Source: Nostoc sp. DedSLP01
GTDB lineage: Bacteria; Cyanobacteriota; Cyanobacteriia; Cyanobacteriales; Nostocaceae
Reading direction: 5' to 3'
NCBI GenBank assembly: GCA_034530875.2
Contig: JAVRCJ020000029.1
Coordinates: 1 to 64,000, forward strand
Length of the DNA: 64,000 bases
Part shown: one piece after another, positions 61,390 through 64,000 of the stretch
Position numbering within the stretch: position 1 is the first letter of the stretch
How the letters are laid out: each line of letters begins with the position of its first letter
Position numbers and translations under genes: made by a program
Notes under the pieces: generated by a model
Told to the model about the DNA's origin: nothing
The model's database searches: none
Seen by the model: the letters and a program-made list of their open reading frames with translations, nothing else

Positions 61390-62133
61390 ATGATTTATCG
61401 CCGTAGATTGCCGAAATATCTCACTTTCGGCCCTTTATCGCTAGTATTAGCTGCTGCTTTTCCAATTGCTCAAGTTTTTGCCCAAACAACTATACAGTCA
61501 TCTATTGCTAAAAGCGTGCCATTTTCATGCTCTGACAGTGAGGCAACTATTAAAAGTAAAAATGCCCCTAAAGTGACTGTTGGGCAAACAACTATCTACA
61601 TTGGTTATCAGCAAGTATCATCTATAAACAAAGACCCTCGCATCATTAGTTTTCAGAATGGTGTCAAGAAATGGTGTCGCAGTGATTACGAAACAACAAA
61701 TGATGATGGTACAGGCTACGGACTACTTTCGGATGGAGGCAAAGTTTTGTATGGCGTTTTCTCAGCCACTGGTAGCCAGACTGGTAATGATTTTCGACGC
61801 TTTAGTGTTGGCCGTTGGTTAGCTAGTTATGGAAGTGGTGGCGGCCCGAAAGTCGCAATCATCGCAAAAATTAATATAGACAATGGTGATGTTTACTATT
61901 CCACATTCCTGACTGCAAAAAAAGCTGACGATGGTAAAACTAACTCTTTAGTTATCACCGGGTTGTCATGGAATGGTTACAATTTGACTGTGAATGCAGA
62001 TTCGTGGTGGACTCCGCGTCGCGCTAATACAAACTCTATGGTTTGTTCTGGTTCATCACCTTATAAATATACAGCCGTATTCACTGGAGATTTAACAAAG
62101 GTCAATTCAGCTTCAGCAGCTACATGTAGTTAA
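61390..62133 (+). CDS. Secreted hypothetical protein, beta-rich, four Cys
   Basis: Signal peptide ending VFA. Confidence 0.8.
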   Translation: MIYRRRLPKYLTFGPLSLVLAAAFPIAQVFAQTTIQSSIAKSVPFSCSDSEATIKSKNAPKVTVGQTTIYIGYQQVSSINKDPRIISFQNGVKKWCRSDYETTNDDGTGYGLLSDGGKVLYGVFSATGSQTGNDFRRFSVGRWLASYGSGGGPKVAIIAKINIDNGDVYYSTFLTAKKADDGKTNSLVITGLSWNGYNLTVNADSWWTPRRANTNSMVCSGSSPYKYTAVFTGDLTKVNSASAATCS

Positions 62134-62390
62134 AAGAAGCGGAGAAATTAAGTTTTTACACATTTAAATTGCATAATTAGGACAGGCAAGATGCCTATTG
62201 CATAAGAGTTTGATTTAATTTGATTATGCAATTTAGATGTTTTTTATTTAATTTAAGTTTGGCGATCGCACTCTGCACCACTTCATACTCGTTCGAGCGT
62301 ACAATTATTGAAGAATAGTTTCAACTCGCTCTAACTTTTCGCTTTCTCGTTAGAGTATTCTAAATTCTATATTCTGAATTCCGACTCCTT

Positions 62391-62508
62391 ATATAGGACT
62401 CACATTTGATTGCGTGAAAAAAATCAGTACATCCAGACAAAGCTTCTGTCCTACTCCCTACTCCCTGTTTACACAAGTAAATTCTCCAAATCAAACCGGA
62501 TTCCTATA
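62391..62508. mobile_element. MITE-like element
   Basis: TATAGGACTCACATTTGATT / AATCAAACCGGATTCCTATA ends. Confidence 0.7.
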
Positions 62509-62512
62509 GTTC

Positions 62513-63160
62513 ATGTCAACGAAAATCGCTACAATCAAATACGCTCTATCGCTGCATACTACCACTCCCGAATTAGGCATAGCAATTAGTAATTTTTCAG
62601 GTGATACTCGCTCTCAAGTTTGGAATTTGGGGCGGGATTTATCCAGCTTAATACATGAATATTTAATTGAATTTATCAAACCACAAACTTGGGCAGATTT
62701 GTCTTTTGTCGCAGTTGCAAAAGGGCCTGGCGGTTTTACTGGCACTCGAATTGGTGTTGTCATAGCTCGCACCTTGGGGCAACAATTAGATATTCCGGTG
62801 TTTGCAATTTCCACTTTGGCTGCGGTAGCTTGGTCAGAAGCAGCCAAAAGTGGAAATCCCAAACTTCTTGCTGTCCAAATGCCAGGACAACGAGGCCAAA
62901 TTTTTGCTGCTATTTATCAGCTGATGCCAGATGCTTCTGGACTAATTGCCTTATTGCCAGATACAGTTATGACGCCAGAAGCATGGCAGGAAACTTTAGC
63001 TAATTGGAATAGTAATTATCAGCTAATTCAAGCCGAGTCTGGGTTAGCTGCGACGGTAACCAGTATTTTGGAACTAGCTCAACTCGATTGGCAACAAGGC
63101 AAGTCTCCCAATTGGTCAGAAGCTTTGCCTTATTATGGACAACATCCAGTAGAAATTTAA
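62513..63160 (+). CDS. tsaB: tRNA threonylcarbamoyladenosine biosynthesis protein TsaB
   Basis: LHTTT, GPGGFTGTRIG, PYYG. Confidence 0.92.
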   Translation: MSTKIATIKYALSLHTTTPELGIAISNFSGDTRSQVWNLGRDLSSLIHEYLIEFIKPQTWADLSFVAVAKGPGGFTGTRIGVVIARTLGQQLDIPVFAISTLAAVAWSEAAKSGNPKLLAVQMPGQRGQIFAAIYQLMPDASGLIALLPDTVMTPEAWQETLANWNSNYQLIQAESGLAATVTSILELAQLDWQQGKSPNWSEALPYYGQHPVEI

Positions 63161-63286
63161 CAATAAAGAATTCACAAGTCAGGAGTCAGAATTCAGATGA
63201 TTCTGATTCCTGAATTCTGAATTCTGTTAGCGCAGCAGAGGTTAGCCCATTCTGTATTCTTATTCAACACAATTCAGCTACAAAAT

Positions 63287-63547
63287 TTACTCATCTAATA
63301 AACTCATTAATGCTTGTAACTCAGAGTCCGGTGCTTCTGATAACTGAAGTCGTAACTCTAACAATTGAGTCTCTAATGCTGTAATTACATTCACCATATT
63401 AGATTCTTGTGCAATTTTTAGCTGAGTTTCTTTGATTCTAAGTTTTCTCAGCAGTTCGTCTACACCAGACATCGAATCATAATCTTGAGAAATCATAGCC
63501 TTACACCTACTAGAAATTACAGGAGTAAAGTTAAACTTGCTACTCAT
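63287..63547 (-). CDS. Hypothetical coiled-coil protein
   Basis: Open ORF with leucine-rich helix; start uncertain. Confidence 0.55.
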   Translation of the reverse strand: MSSKFNFTPVISSRCKAMISQDYDSMSGVDELLRKLRIKETQLKIAQESNMVNVITALETQLLELRLQLSEAPDSELQALMSLLDE

Positions 63548-63592
63548 ACCATTTCACTTTAAAAATGATATGCGTAGGCAAGCAGAGGGAGT

Positions 63593-63758
63593 CTACGGTG
63601 TACACACAAGTCTTCTAGAGTTGCGCCGCAGACTTTAGATCCCCCCAACCCCCCCTTGGAAAGGGGGGCAAAAATCTCTCAAAGTCCTCCTTTTTAAGGA
63701 GGATTTAGGAGGATCTACGAGGATTTTGGTTTCCTACAGAGATGTGCGTACACCGTAG
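63593..63758. mobile_element. MITE, about 166 bp, with nested hairpins
   Basis: TIRs CTACGGTGTACACACA / TGTGCGTACACCGTAG. Confidence 0.85.
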
Positions 63759-64000
63759 GCAGAGGGAGCAGAGGAACAGAGGAAGTGATTTGTATCAGTA
63801 ATTTCGTGAATTGGTATCACACATTGTCTCGCATCTTTTTAAGTGAAAATTGTACATGCTCTTGGCACAGACTTGTCATCAAGGTGATTTTTTTTAGCAA
63901 AAGTAGTATTACACGCAAATAAACAAGGTAGTTGATTATATTGCTTAATGGTGATTAAGTTATAAAAGTTGTTCGGAAAACTGGTATTTGCGATCGCACC

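Overview
Chromosomal window from a filamentous, probably heterocystous (Nostocales-type) cyanobacterium. This rests on abundant HIP1 octamers (GCGATCGC), 7-8 bp STRR-type repeats, many MITE-like elements and typical gene content (hpt, crtO, mltA, cobJ, tsaB, Uma2, large Ser/Thr-His kinases). About 45 CDS are supported. I recognised no rRNA, tRNA, intact transposase or CRISPR array. Most notable items: (1) a 158-aa hypothetical gene followed by a 10 x 21-bp array of internally palindromic repeats; (2) a compact ThDP enzyme + KAS III-like + methyltransferase cluster resembling the CybE/CybF furanolide core, with HTH-NB-ARC regulators nearby; (3) a membrane-anchored HEAT-repeat/NACHT-like protein with hypervariable repeat positions; (4) an AT-rich restriction-modification island with a divergent HTH switch, tandem operator and 5' hairpin; (5) a lipoprotein-NRAMP-PRC-PRC operon. 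All product calls come from motif recognition by eye; no database searches were run.
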